Shown: positions 41,602 through 51,207, counted from the first letter of the stretch. The stretch: 64,000 bases of DNA from Bacteroidales bacterium UBA5429 (GCA_002427605.1 DIRT01000019.1:7214-71213), one strand, 5' to 3'. Numbers and translations are program-made. The notes: generated by a model from the letters alone, not told the origin.

Positions 41602-42141
41602 ATGAATGAAAAAGATTTTAATGTAGGGAATAGAATAGATCATCCAAAATATGGCGAAGGTGTTATCAGTCAAAATGGTAATGTGACTTTTAAAGTGATT
41701 TTTATCAGAGGAGGGGAGATAGAGTTTTCAAAAATGAGTGCCCAGTTTGAAGTGCTTGAGCAATCAGATAGAGAAAATGATCAACCTGTTGTCAATCTGA
41801 AAGAGATGGAGTTGATGCTTAAAACATTACTCGATCAGTACAACGGAATAGAACATAAAGTTGCTTTGGGTAATAAATGGACAGATGGTGTGATGATTTT
41901 GCAACCCGGCAATAGAGATCTGAAACCCAAAGAGGTACCTATCGAGTCGTTCTTTCATAAAATTGTGATGATGAGAGATCGTTTGAGAGTGCTGGAACAA
42001 AATATTAATAGTCACTCCGTTTTAACAGATGAAGAGAAAGTGAATCTGCAACAATATATCACAAGATGTTACGGTTCTATGACCACTTTCAATATCTTTT
42101 TTGATGATAAAGAGGACTTTTTCGTTGGAAATAGAGGGTAA
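41602..42141 (+). CDS. Hypothetical protein with N-terminal Tudor/SH3-like segment
   Basis: VGNRIDHPKYGEGVI at the N-terminus; helical C-terminal region FFHKIVMMRDRLRVLEQ. Confidence 0.65.
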   Translation: MNEKDFNVGNRIDHPKYGEGVISQNGNVTFKVIFIRGGEIEFSKMSAQFEVLEQSDRENDQPVVNLKEMELMLKTLLDQYNGIEHKVALGNKWTDGVMILQPGNRDLKPKEVPIESFFHKIVMMRDRLRVLEQNINSHSVLTDEEKVNLQQYITRCYGSMTTFNIFFDDKEDFFVGNRG

Positions 42142-42298
42142 GATTTAGCTTTTTTGAAAAGGGTTATTCTTATTTAATTTATAATCAGTTAATTATGAAA
42201 AAATAAAATATTTTCATAAAAAGTGGGTTTGTATTGAAAAAAAATGTATTTTTGCAGCCCTAATTTAAGAGTTGTTAATATATAAAAATATAGAGGAA

Positions 42299-42532
42299 AT
42301 GTCAAAAGTTTGTCAAATTACAGGGAAGAAAGCAATGGTTGGAAATCGTGTTTCTCACTCCAATATTAAAACAAAGAGAAGATTCAACCCCAACTTGCAT
42401 AAAAAGAAATTTTATGTTCCTGAATTAGGAGAGTGGGTAGTGTTGAAAGTTTCCGCTAAAGGAATCCGTGATATTAATAAAAAAGGAGTTTGGAACTCAA
42501 TAATAGACGCATATAATAAAGGTTTGTTGTAA
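42299..42532 (+). CDS. rpmB: 50S ribosomal protein L28
   Basis: MSKVCQITGK...GNRVSHSN.KTKRRF.PNL. Confidence 0.96.
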   Translation: MSKVCQITGKKAMVGNRVSHSNIKTKRRFNPNLHKKKFYVPELGEWVVLKVSAKGIRDINKKGVWNSIIDAYNKGLL

Positions 42533-42555
42533 TCTTATTTTAAGATTTAGTTAGA

Positions 42556-42588
42556 AAAATGCTGCACTTTGGTGTGGCATTTTTTTTA
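42556..42588 (+). terminator. Intrinsic terminator after rpmB
   Basis: AAAAATGCTGCAC-TTTG-GTGTGGCATTTTTTTT. Confidence 0.7.
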
Positions 42589-42639
42589 CCTAAAATACAA
42601 TAAATCAGTTTTTTTAACGTATTATTGTTTTAAATTCGA

Positions 42640-45159
42640 TTGATGCATTTTTTACACTCTGTTTTATCTCGGTGGATTCTCCTTCTGCTATTGCTGAAAG
42701 GAGGTTCTTTATATGCACAGTCGACCGCAAAATTATACGGGGTAGTCACAGATCAAAAAGGAGATCCGATTGAAAATGTGGTTGTGGCTAATATTTTTAC
42801 TCAAAAAAGTGTTACAACCAACGCAGAAGGAAGATATGAAATGCGAGTGATGCCTCATAAAGAGATCCCCGTTTTGTTTAGATATATCTCCTCTACTGAT
42901 ACACTGATCTATGTTTCCCTGGCATCGGGTGAGGAAAAAGAATTGAATCTGACCCTGCAAATTGTAGGCAAAAAGCTGGACCTGGTGAATGTGACTGCCA
43001 GTCATGATGATGGCTATGTGAGAGTGAACCCCAAGTTGAGATTCAATATCCCTTCGCCTATGGGAGGTGCTGAGTCCGTTATTAAAACCTTCGCCGGCGT
43101 TTCTTCAGTCAATGAATTAAGCTCGCAATATAATGTGAGAGGTGGAAATTATGACGAAAATTTAATTTATGTCAATGATATTCAAATCTATAGACCCTTT
43201 TTAATCCGTTCCGGTAATCAGGAGGGACTGAGCTTTGTGAATCTGGATCTGACAAAAAATGTAAAATTTTCTGCAGGAGGCTTTGCTGCTCAATATGGAG
43301 ATAAGATGTCCTCCGTGATGGATGTGGAGTATAAAACGCCGACAGCTTTTGCAGGGAGCTTTTCAATGGGACTATTGGGTGCTACTGCATACGTGGAAGG
43401 TGTAGTCAAAGATAAAACTAAAAATGAAGATCGTTTTACCTATCTGATAGGAATGAGGTATAAATCGAATGCCTACCTGTTCCGTTTTATGGAAGTGAAA
43501 GGGGAATATAAACCCCGATTTTTTGACACTCAGATGCTGTTTGACTGGAAAGTGAATTCTAAACTGAATGTCAGTCTTTTGACTAACTTCTCATCCAATC
43601 AATACCTCTATCAGCCCCAGAATAGAAGAACTAATTTTGGTTCCTTGGAAATACCCAGAACTTTTGTTGTCTATTATGAAGGACAAGAGGTGGATCTTTT
43701 TATGAACTATCTGGGTGGATTGACATTCACCTATAAACCAACACAGGAAGATCAGCTGAAGTTCATTATATCCTCATACTACTCTAAGGAAAAAGAACAG
43801 TTTGATATCCTTTCTGAGTATTGGATCAAGGATGCTGTCATCGATTTATCCGAAGGTGGTACATTGTTCAATGAATCGACAAAGAGAGGGGTGGGAGCCT
43901 TCAGAGACCATGCCCGCAATCGTTTGGATGCTTTTTTTACCAGCTTCCTATTGAAGGGGGATCATAATAAACAGGATCATCTCATCTCTTGGGGTGTTCA
44001 GTACCAAAATGAGTGGATTGATGATTATATCAGAGAATGGAATATCGTGGATTCTTCGGGTTATATCCTGCCTCATATTACGCTTCCTCCGGGTGAATCT
44101 GTGCCTTTGGACAGTCCTGTCAGATGGCTGACCTTTGGGGAGAACCGCTTCCTCCATTCAGTGAATCAACTGAATACTCACAGATTTACAGGATTTTTAC
44201 AGGATCAGTGGCGTTTGACCGGAGATAGCTCTCAGTTTATACTCAATGGAGGTGTGCGGTTCCATTACTGGAGCTTTAATAAGGAGTTGACTGTATCGCC
44301 ACGTGCGGGTCTGCTCTATAAACCAAAATGGAGTAAAAGTTGTTCTTTCTGGTTTAAAACCGGAGTCTACTACCAATCTCCAACCTATCGTGAGTTTCGC
44401 AGACCGGATGGAACGCTCAATCCCGAGATTCAATCTCAGTTTTCCTACCAGGCATTGATCTCCGGTGAGTATGAGTTCGCCCTATGGGGAAGACCCTTCA
44501 AGTTGATTTCAGAAATTTACTACAAGTATATGGACCGGCTGATATCATACGAAATGGATAATGTGAGAATTGTCTATAGCGGGGAAAATGATTCCAAAGG
44601 GTATGTGGTTGGGACAGACGTGAAATTGAGCGGAGAGTTTATCAAAGGGATGGAGTCCTGGGTTACCCTCTCTCTCATGAAAACAGCACAGGATTTTTGG
44701 AACGATTTTTACACGGATACACTGGGAAACCGCTTTGAAATTGGCTATGTGCCCAGACCTTCAGATCAACGTTTTGCACTGAATTTCTTTTTTCAGGATC
44801 ATATCCCCAACTACCCTCAATGGCGGGTGCATCTCAATTTTATTTTCTCCAGCGGACTTCCTTTTGTGGCTCCCAATGCGCCCAATTGGATGAGAACATT
44901 CAGGACACCCTGGTATAGAAGAGTCGATTTGGGATTTTCTTACCAATTTCTGCAACCCAACCGGGATCGCCATCAGGATCGATGGAAATCGCTTAGAAAA
45001 ATCAATAATGCAGCGCTCTATCTGGAAATCTTTAATCTGCTCGATATCGCTAATGTGTCCTCCTATTCCTGGGTTCCCGATATCGATGGTGCGCTGAATG
45101 CAATACCTAACTCGCTGACACCTATGTTGGTAAACGTAAAATTGGCTGTTGAATTTTAG
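42640..45159 (+). CDS. TonB-dependent receptor with N-terminal carboxypeptidase-regulatory-like domain
   Basis: YGVVTDQKG...TNAEGRY, plug NELSSQYNVRGG...GGF.A.YGDKMSSV, C-terminal Phe. Confidence 0.88.
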   Translation: MMHFLHSVLSRWILLLLLLKGGSLYAQSTAKLYGVVTDQKGDPIENVVVANIFTQKSVTTNAEGRYEMRVMPHKEIPVLFRYISSTDTLIYVSLASGEEKELNLTLQIVGKKLDLVNVTASHDDGYVRVNPKLRFNIPSPMGGAESVIKTFAGVSSVNELSSQYNVRGGNYDENLIYVNDIQIYRPFLIRSGNQEGLSFVNLDLTKNVKFSAGGFAAQYGDKMSSVMDVEYKTPTAFAGSFSMGLLGATAYVEGVVKDKTKNEDRFTYLIGMRYKSNAYLFRFMEVKGEYKPRFFDTQMLFDWKVNSKLNVSLLTNFSSNQYLYQPQNRRTNFGSLEIPRTFVVYYEGQEVDLFMNYLGGLTFTYKPTQEDQLKFIISSYYSKEKEQFDILSEYWIKDAVIDLSEGGTLFNESTKRGVGAFRDHARNRLDAFFTSFLLKGDHNKQDHLISWGVQYQNEWIDDYIREWNIVDSSGYILPHITLPPGESVPLDSPVRWLTFGENRFLHSVNQLNTHRFTGFLQDQWRLTGDSSQFILNGGVRFHYWSFNKELTVSPRAGLLYKPKWSKSCSFWFKTGVYYQSPTYREFRRPDGTLNPEIQSQFSYQALISGEYEFALWGRPFKLISEIYYKYMDRLISYEMDNVRIVYSGENDSKGYVVGTDVKLSGEFIKGMESWVTLSLMKTAQDFWNDFYTDTLGNRFEIGYVPRPSDQRFALNFFFQDHIPNYPQWRVHLNFIFSSGLPFVAPNAPNWMRTFRTPWYRRVDLGFSYQFLQPNRDRHQDRWKSLRKINNAALYLEIFNLLDIANVSSYSWVPDIDGALNAIPNSLTPMLVNVKLAVEF

Positions 45160-45214
45160 AACCTGCCTCTGTTTTGTTTTTTTTATATACCTTTGTCGGT
45201 TCTAATTACTCCAA

Positions 45215-46717
45215 ATGAAGATTCGTTTTTTTATTTTTATTTTAATAATAATATTAGGGGGGAGGACAACCATCGCTCAAGATACTGTTTTACCTTCGAA
45301 TTATAAAATTTTCCACTATCCCAACGGGGTGATCTCTAGCGAAGGGATACTCGTGGACGGGAAACCGGATGGCTACTGGAAATCTTACAGCGAAGAAGGA
45401 GTACTCATATCTGAAGGAAACCGTAAAAATTTTGAACTGGACGGAGTATGGAAGTTTTACGCTCCTACCGGGGAGCTGCGAATGGAGTTGGAATACAAGA
45501 ATGGAAAGAAGGACGGAAACAGAATCGTTTACTCCCCCCAGGATTATTCTATCGAAAAATTTAAACAAGATACATTGGTAGATAAAATAGCGGTGTACTA
45601 CAATAGTGGGAAAATCAAATCTGAAGTGCCCGTTGAGATGGGAAAAAAGCACGGTTTGGAAAAAGAGTACGATACTACAGGACTGGTGGTGATGGTGACC
45701 CATTACTTTGGTGGGGTGATGACCCGTAGAGAGTCAATCAACAGAACCGATAATTTCGGGATGAAACAGGGGAACTGGAAGTTCTTTTGGGAGAATGGGA
45801 ACCTCAAAGAGGAAGGGACCTTCTACAATGATAAAAAACATGGCTTTTTTAAATATTATGATGAGGAGGGAAATTTTCTTGCCGTTGAAAAATGGGATAG
45901 GGGTGTGCATTTAGAAGATGCAAAGGAAACCAAAAAGCTGGAACCTAAAGTAGCATACCATCCCAATGGGAAACCCGCTATTACAACCACTTTCTATAAA
46001 GGAATTGAAGATGGTATTCGAAGAGAGTATGATACGACAGGAAAGGTGATCAGAGGTTATCTGTTTATTAACGGTTGGATGAGGTTTGAGGGAGTAACCG
46101 ACCTGAATGGGCTGCGGCAAGGATTGTGGAAAGAGTACTATCCGACCGGTGAGCTGAGATCACAAGGACACTATAAAAACTCCAAAATGGTAGGAAATTG
46201 GAAGTTTTACTATCCTACGCAAGAGCTGGAAATGGAAGGAGCCTACCTCAATGGAGTTAAAGATGGGGAATGGGTCTGGTATTACCCCAATCAGGAACCC
46301 CTGATGATTGAAAATTGGGCTGCCGGAGAGCGCGAAGGACTATTTGTAGAGTACGATGAATACGGCAAAGTGATGACGCAGGGAGAATATAAAGAGGATA
46401 GTGAAGAGGGTCCCTGGTTCTATTCCAATAGAGGGGTTATCGAAAAGGGAGAATATTATGATGGTATGAGAATCGGGGTCTGGAAAATCTGGTTTGCCAA
46501 CGGTAATTTAGCCTACGAAGTGGAGTATGATCAGGATTTGTGTAGCGGAAACTATACCGCCTACTGGGAAAATGGATTTCCTCGAATTTCCGGGAAATAT
46601 GTCGGAGGGGAACAGGATGGTGTTTGGACTAAATATGATGAGGATGGAACTCCTTATCTTACAATAATTTACAAAAATGGGAAAGAAGTTCAATGGAATC
46701 AATATAAGATAAAGTAG
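45215..46717 (+). CDS. Secreted MORN-variant repeat (YwqK-like) protein
   Basis: Many G-x-W-x-x-Y-x-x-x-G...EG-x-Y repeats; signal peptide. Confidence 0.85.
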   Translation: MKIRFFIFILIIILGGRTTIAQDTVLPSNYKIFHYPNGVISSEGILVDGKPDGYWKSYSEEGVLISEGNRKNFELDGVWKFYAPTGELRMELEYKNGKKDGNRIVYSPQDYSIEKFKQDTLVDKIAVYYNSGKIKSEVPVEMGKKHGLEKEYDTTGLVVMVTHYFGGVMTRRESINRTDNFGMKQGNWKFFWENGNLKEEGTFYNDKKHGFFKYYDEEGNFLAVEKWDRGVHLEDAKETKKLEPKVAYHPNGKPAITTTFYKGIEDGIRREYDTTGKVIRGYLFINGWMRFEGVTDLNGLRQGLWKEYYPTGELRSQGHYKNSKMVGNWKFYYPTQELEMEGAYLNGVKDGEWVWYYPNQEPLMIENWAAGEREGLFVEYDEYGKVMTQGEYKEDSEEGPWFYSNRGVIEKGEYYDGMRIGVWKIWFANGNLAYEVEYDQDLCSGNYTAYWENGFPRISGKYVGGEQDGVWTKYDEDGTPYLTIIYKNGKEVQWNQYKIK

Positions 46718-46765
46718 GTTTTTTACAATAAAATCAATTTTCCTCCGTTGAATAGGTTTGTTAAA

Positions 46766-48313
46766 ATGAGAAAAATAACTTTACTCTTCTTAATTCTTTT
46801 GATATCTGCGTATGCTTGGGCTCAGACAGGTGATACGGTTGTGAACCAGACTGCCGATGATGCATTCCAAATCCAGCTGATCCAAAAAATGGATAATATG
46901 CTGGACCTCTGGTATATCAAAATGCAAAACAACAAAATTAAAGCAACCCACGTTGTAGATTCCGATATTGATGTGACTCTCTCGGATAGTCTTTTAATAG
47001 AACGGTTGAAGGGAATTAATACGGTGATTCCTATTACTTATAATAAAACTGTAAAGCAATGGATTGAACTCTATATAGTTAAAAGAAAGAAATCTTCTGC
47101 GGTATTGATGGGATTGGCGCAATATTATTATCCCTACATGCAGGAGATTTTTGATAAGTATGGAGTTCCGGAGGAGCTGATTTATCTGACCATCATTGAA
47201 TCGGGGCTCAATCCTACAGCGATTTCGCCCATGGGAGCAACCGGGATCTGGCAATTTATGCACGGTACCGGTAAAGCTTACGGGTTGGAAGTAAACACTT
47301 TTGTAGATGATCGTCGTGACCCGATGAAAGCTACTGATGCAGCTGCCCGTCACTTGCGGGATTTGCACAATATCTTTAACGATTGGGGGTTGGCTATTTC
47401 TGCATACAACTGTGGTGCCGGGAATGTGCGTAAAGCGATCACCAGATCGGGTGGCAAAACTGATTTTTGGGGGGTAAGGTCCTATCTTCCCAGAGAAACA
47501 CGAAACTATTTTCCTGCATATATCGCCGCATTATACCTGGCAACATACCATAATCAACATGGGATTCCGGCTGCTCAAATCTCAATTCCCTTTTCGGTGG
47601 ATACCGTTATGATTCATCATGAAGTGCATTTGCAGCAGATTGCAGAGATTTTGGAGATTGATATGGAGGAATTGACCACATTGAATCCGCAATATAAACG
47701 GGAAGTAATTCCGGCTTATTCTGATCCTTATCCTCTGAGAATGCATCACAGAGATATAATCCGCTTTCTTGAACTTAAAGATTCCATATACGCTTATAAA
47801 TATGAGGAGTTTTTTACTCCTGTTAAGGTTTATGCCGGCATGTTTACAGGAGAACAGGTAGCAGCTTCAGATTATAAAAAGACTTATCATACCGTTAGAT
47901 CAAATGAGACTTTGGCATCTATTGCCAGAAAATATGGATTGTCTGTCAATGAATTAAAGCAGATGAATAATTTGAGATCCAATTATATTAAGCCCAAACA
48001 ACGCTTGTTAGTAGGATATGAATATATCAAACCCCAGATTGAAACTACGGACTCACTGGCAGTAGATGCTACTGTAGAGAAGGATTCCTTACAAACGACA
48101 ACAACATCGCCTGAACCGGAGAAGGTGGTACAGAAAAAGAATCTTCCTGCACAAAGCAGTGCCCCCCGAACCCATACCGTAAAGAAAGGGGAGACAATCA
48201 GTTCTATTGCCCGAAAGTATGGAGTAACAGTGAAAAAACTAGCAGATTATAACAAAATTACCAATGTACACAGCATCCGGATCGGTCAAAAATTAAAAAT
48301 TCCACCCCGGTAA
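46766..48313 (+). CDS. mltD: Membrane-bound lytic murein transglycosylase D-like (SLT + 2 LysM)
   Basis: IIESG, GATGIWQFM, AYNCG, ETRNY; LysM motifs HTVRSNETL and HTVKKGETI. Confidence 0.88.
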   Translation: MRKITLLFLILLISAYAWAQTGDTVVNQTADDAFQIQLIQKMDNMLDLWYIKMQNNKIKATHVVDSDIDVTLSDSLLIERLKGINTVIPITYNKTVKQWIELYIVKRKKSSAVLMGLAQYYYPYMQEIFDKYGVPEELIYLTIIESGLNPTAISPMGATGIWQFMHGTGKAYGLEVNTFVDDRRDPMKATDAAARHLRDLHNIFNDWGLAISAYNCGAGNVRKAITRSGGKTDFWGVRSYLPRETRNYFPAYIAALYLATYHNQHGIPAAQISIPFSVDTVMIHHEVHLQQIAEILEIDMEELTTLNPQYKREVIPAYSDPYPLRMHHRDIIRFLELKDSIYAYKYEEFFTPVKVYAGMFTGEQVAASDYKKTYHTVRSNETLASIARKYGLSVNELKQMNNLRSNYIKPKQRLLVGYEYIKPQIETTDSLAVDATVEKDSLQTTTTSPEPEKVVQKKNLPAQSSAPRTHTVKKGETISSIARKYGVTVKKLADYNKITNVHSIRIGQKLKIPPR

Positions 48314-48396
48314 GGAATTGGTATTATTTTTTTTTGTAATTTTGCACCCTCAAATTAAAAAGAGATATTTTTGTTCTTTTTTACAGTTTGAAATCT

Positions 48397-48469
48397 GGTT
48401 CCGTAGCTCAATGGATAGAGCAACTGCCTTCTAAGCAGTAGGTTACAAGTTCGATCCTTGTCGGAATCA
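48397..48469 (+). tRNA. tRNA-Arg (anticodon TCT)
   Basis: GGTTCCG/CGGAATC acceptor stem, ACTGC-CTTCTAA-GCAGT anticodon arm, GTTCGATCC T-loop; TAATTTTG box at 48337-48344. Confidence 0.96.
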
Positions 48470-48701
48470 CAAAAAATGACCACATATACAGTTTTGTCTA
48501 TGTGGTTTTTTTTTGAATAAAACAATAACAACTGTGACAATTATCCATAAAGTTGTTCAGGACGTAATTTGCAATAAAAATTAATAAAGTTAATGTAAAA
48601 ATTAATAAAATTGATTTAAAAATTAAAATAATTTAATAAAACATTAATTATATTAAAATTTTTCATTATCTTTGCACCATAATTAATTAAAAAACCATAT
48701 C

Positions 48702-48968
48702 ATGTTACCAACAACTTGTCCAAGCTGTCAATCACAGCTTAAAGTAGCGGCGCTAAAGTGTGAGGTTTGCTCAACAGAAGTAACCGGACTTTACGAATTG
48801 CCGGTTTTACTTCATCTTTCCGAAGAGGAATTGCGCTTTATTATCCGCTTTGTAAAAAATAGCGGAAGTCTAAAAGATATGTCGGCGGAACTGAAACTGA
48901 GTTACCCCACTGTGCGAAATATGTTAAATGAAATCATTAAAAAAATTCAAGATCATGAAGAAAAATAG
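48702..48968 (+). CDS. DUF2089 family protein (zinc ribbon + HTH)
   Basis: CPSC...CEVC, FVKNSGSLKDM...SYPTVR. Confidence 0.85.
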   Translation: MLPTTCPSCQSQLKVAALKCEVCSTEVTGLYELPVLLHLSEEELRFIIRFVKNSGSLKDMSAELKLSYPTVRNMLNEIIKKIQDHEEK

Positions 48969-49560
48969 CAATTGGAACTTACTTTGGAATCCATTTACAC
49001 GTATTGCCGGGTGGCAAGCTTTTTGGGTTGGAATAGTTATCGTGATTATATCCACAATACTGGCTCACTACGGTGGTCTCCTTTTTGATGGCGCTTTGGA
49101 TGCCCATTTCGGTATTCCTACCACCATGACTGAATCACTGATTGTTATGGGAGTGAGCCTGCTCACTGTCGTGCTTGTTATGTATGTAACCGGCTTGATT
49201 ATTGCCAAAAATTTTCGCTTTGTCGATATTTTGGGAACCATGACATTGGCACGGGCACCCTTCCTCATCTTGGCGATACTTTCCCTTTTTACTACTTTCC
49301 CAGAAGTGGAGGAAATTATGAGAGATCCTATGATTTTCCTTGATTATCCTTCTACAATACTGTTTATGGTGATTGCCGTGCCGGTTATTGTTTGGTATAT
49401 TGCATTGCTATACAACGGATTCAAAGTTTCTACTGGTGCAAAAGGTGCAAAACTTATTATTGGCTTTGTGGTAGGCATTTTGGTTGCTGAGGCTATTTCA
49501 AAACTGGTATTGATTTTCTGGGTTTTACGCCATTATGATATCTTTCCCTTCGGAATGTAA
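48955..49560 (+). CDS. Yip1-like integral membrane protein
   Basis: About five hydrophobic helices, NPF..IAG, FDG.LD.H; overlaps the DUF2089 stop. Confidence 0.65.
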   Translation: MKKNSNWNLLWNPFTRIAGWQAFWVGIVIVIISTILAHYGGLLFDGALDAHFGIPTTMTESLIVMGVSLLTVVLVMYVTGLIIAKNFRFVDILGTMTLARAPFLILAILSLFTTFPEVEEIMRDPMIFLDYPSTILFMVIAVPVIVWYIALLYNGFKVSTGAKGAKLIIGFVVGILVAEAISKLVLIFWVLRHYDIFPFGM

Positions 49561-49576
49561 TTTCAGAGATCTTTTT

Positions 49577-49669
49577 ATTCGGGGTGCGACTTGAAGTCGC
49601 GCCCCGAATTTGTTCACAAAATGACAAACTGTTTCTATTCGGGGTGCGATTTGAAATCGCGCCCCGAAT
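49577..49669. repeat. Tandem pair of 33-bp REP-like palindromes
   Basis: ATTCGGGGTGCGA(C/T)TTGAA(G/A)TCGCGCCCCGAAT at 49577-49609 and 49637-49669. Confidence 0.85.
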
Positions 49670-49679
49670 TTATTTAACA

Positions 49680-49822
49680 GACAAAATGTCAGTGTGATTT
49701 TTGAAGCGTGTATGTCAAAATGACAGCCTAATAAATTTTTATATATCTCGTTAAGGTGTAGATAATCAGCTGTTTAAATTATTTTTCTCCTTCTTAAAAT
49801 CGGAGGCGGCACGGATCTTGTT
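49680..49822 (+). promoter_or_regulatory. Putative sigma54 promoter with upstream activator and IHF-like sites
   Basis: GACAAAATGTCA (49680-49691), TGTCAAAATGACA (49713-49725), AATCAG-CTGT-TTA (49764-49776), GGCACG-N4-TTG (49808-49820). Confidence 0.6.
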
Positions 49823-49877
49823 ACTATATAGATAGAAACAAGTAATTCAATATTAAAACAAATAAAATAGAAAAATC

Positions 49878-50318
49878 ATGAGAAATATAAGAAGATTTAG
49901 AAACCCAAATTTGATGTTGTTTGATCAACTTTTAGGAGATGAGTATTATGGAGGCAGAGAGCCTCGTACCTATCCACAATTTGCATATCCCGCTACCAAT
50001 ATTACTGAAGATGGCGATGGCTACCGAATCTATATGGCAGTGCCGGGATTGGATAAAAAGCACATCAAGATAGAACTGGAAAATAACCATATCACCATCG
50101 CTTATGATGCAGAGAAACAAGATGCTCAAGAAGAGAAAAAGTGCAGATATCTCAGAAGAGAGTTTAATCCCGTATCATTTGAGAGAACATTTGTAATTTC
50201 GGATAAAACAGTTCCTGAGAAAAGTACAGCTAGCTTTAAAGAAGGAATCTTAACCATCTTTATCCCTAAAATTGATCCAAGCGAATTATCTACAATCAGA
50301 ACCATAAAAATAAAATAA
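49878..50318 (+). CDS. Hsp20/alpha-crystallin family protein
   Basis: PATNITE...AVPGL.K, RREF...FERTF, A.FKEGIL.I.IPK. Confidence 0.92.
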   Translation: MRNIRRFRNPNLMLFDQLLGDEYYGGREPRTYPQFAYPATNITEDGDGYRIYMAVPGLDKKHIKIELENNHITIAYDAEKQDAQEEKKCRYLRREFNPVSFERTFVISDKTVPEKSTASFKEGILTIFIPKIDPSELSTIRTIKIK

Positions 50319-50371
50319 ATATAACCAATAAACAAAATTAATTAACAACTTTAAAAAAACAGGAGGAATAT

Positions 50372-50818
50372 ATGACACTAGTAAAAAGAAATGAAGAGTA
50401 TCCCGTATGGAGTACATTTTTTAACGATTTTTTCGGAAGAAACTTTTTAGATTTAACATCCAGAAGTTTTTCAAAAACCAACACTACACTTCCATCAGTA
50501 AACATTATGGAAGATGAAGACAAATATCTTGTAGAGGTGGCAGCACCCGGTTTTGTGAAAGAGGATTTTGATCTTAAATTGGAGAACAACGTATTGACTA
50601 TCTCATCCGACAAGAAAGAAGAGAATGAAGTGAAAGAGGGTGAGTGCTACAGCAGAAAAGAGTTTAGTTATCAATCATTTAGCCGTTCTTTCTCATTACC
50701 TGATACCATCCAGGTTGACAAAATTGGAGCGAAATATGATAAGGGTATCTTAACCGTTACGCTACCCAAAAGAGACGAAGCGAAACCAAAACCTGCACTA
50801 CAGATTGAAATCAAGTAA
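50372..50818 (+). CDS. Hsp20/alpha-crystallin family protein
   Basis: PSVNI.E...AAPGF.KEDF, RKEFSYQSFSRSFSLP, AKYDKGIL.V.LPK. Confidence 0.95.
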   Translation: MTLVKRNEEYPVWSTFFNDFFGRNFLDLTSRSFSKTNTTLPSVNIMEDEDKYLVEVAAPGFVKEDFDLKLENNVLTISSDKKEENEVKEGECYSRKEFSYQSFSRSFSLPDTIQVDKIGAKYDKGILTVTLPKRDEAKPKPALQIEIK

Positions 50819-50839
50819 AAAATCGAAATCGAACTATCT

Positions 50840-50881
50840 AAAGAGGGACTGTCTTATTAGGAGATAGTTCCTCTTTTTTTT
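50840..50881 (+). terminator. Intrinsic terminator after hsp20 pair
   Basis: AAAGAGGGACTGTCT...AGATAGTTCCTCTTTTTTTT. Confidence 0.75.
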
Positions 50882-50888
50882 AATTTTA

Positions 50889-51150
50889 AAGGCGGAAGGC
50901 GGAGGGCGGAAGGCGGAATGAATTCCAATTACGAATTACGGGTAAAAAATTTAAATTGAACGTGGCTGTAGAGACGCAATGCATTGCGTCTCTACGACCA
51001 TATACGCATCGCATAATTTAAATACGTAATTCGTAATTCGTAATTGATCCTGCATATCTAATAAGTTATAGTTTTGAGAGTGGGGAAATAAAATGACTGA
51101 AAAGGGAAGTTTTATCTGCCCCCCAATTTTTTTTATTTCATAATAAAAAC
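50889..51150 (+). repeat. Composite intergenic element C
   Basis: (GGCGGAA)4, then (AATTACG)2...perfect 28-bp palindrome GTAGAGACGCAATGCATTGCGTCTCTAC (50968-50995)...(CGTAATT)3, then the 48-bp core at 51077-51124. Confidence 0.88.
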
Positions 51151-51207
51151 AATCAAAATGAATAAAAAACCTTAAATTTGCAGGTTGGTATGGAATGAAA
51201 TTAAACT

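Noticed and set aside
45215-46717. YwqK-like protein as antitoxin of a toxin-antitoxin pair
   Set aside because: No adjacent toxin; it has a signal peptide and sits among envelope genes.
48397-49560. Integrative element at tRNA-Arg
   Set aside because: No integrase and no duplicated tRNA 3' end seen downstream.
49577-49669. Possible mini CRISPR array
   Set aside because: Only two units, each a full-length palindrome; no leader or cas genes. Better explained as a REP doublet.
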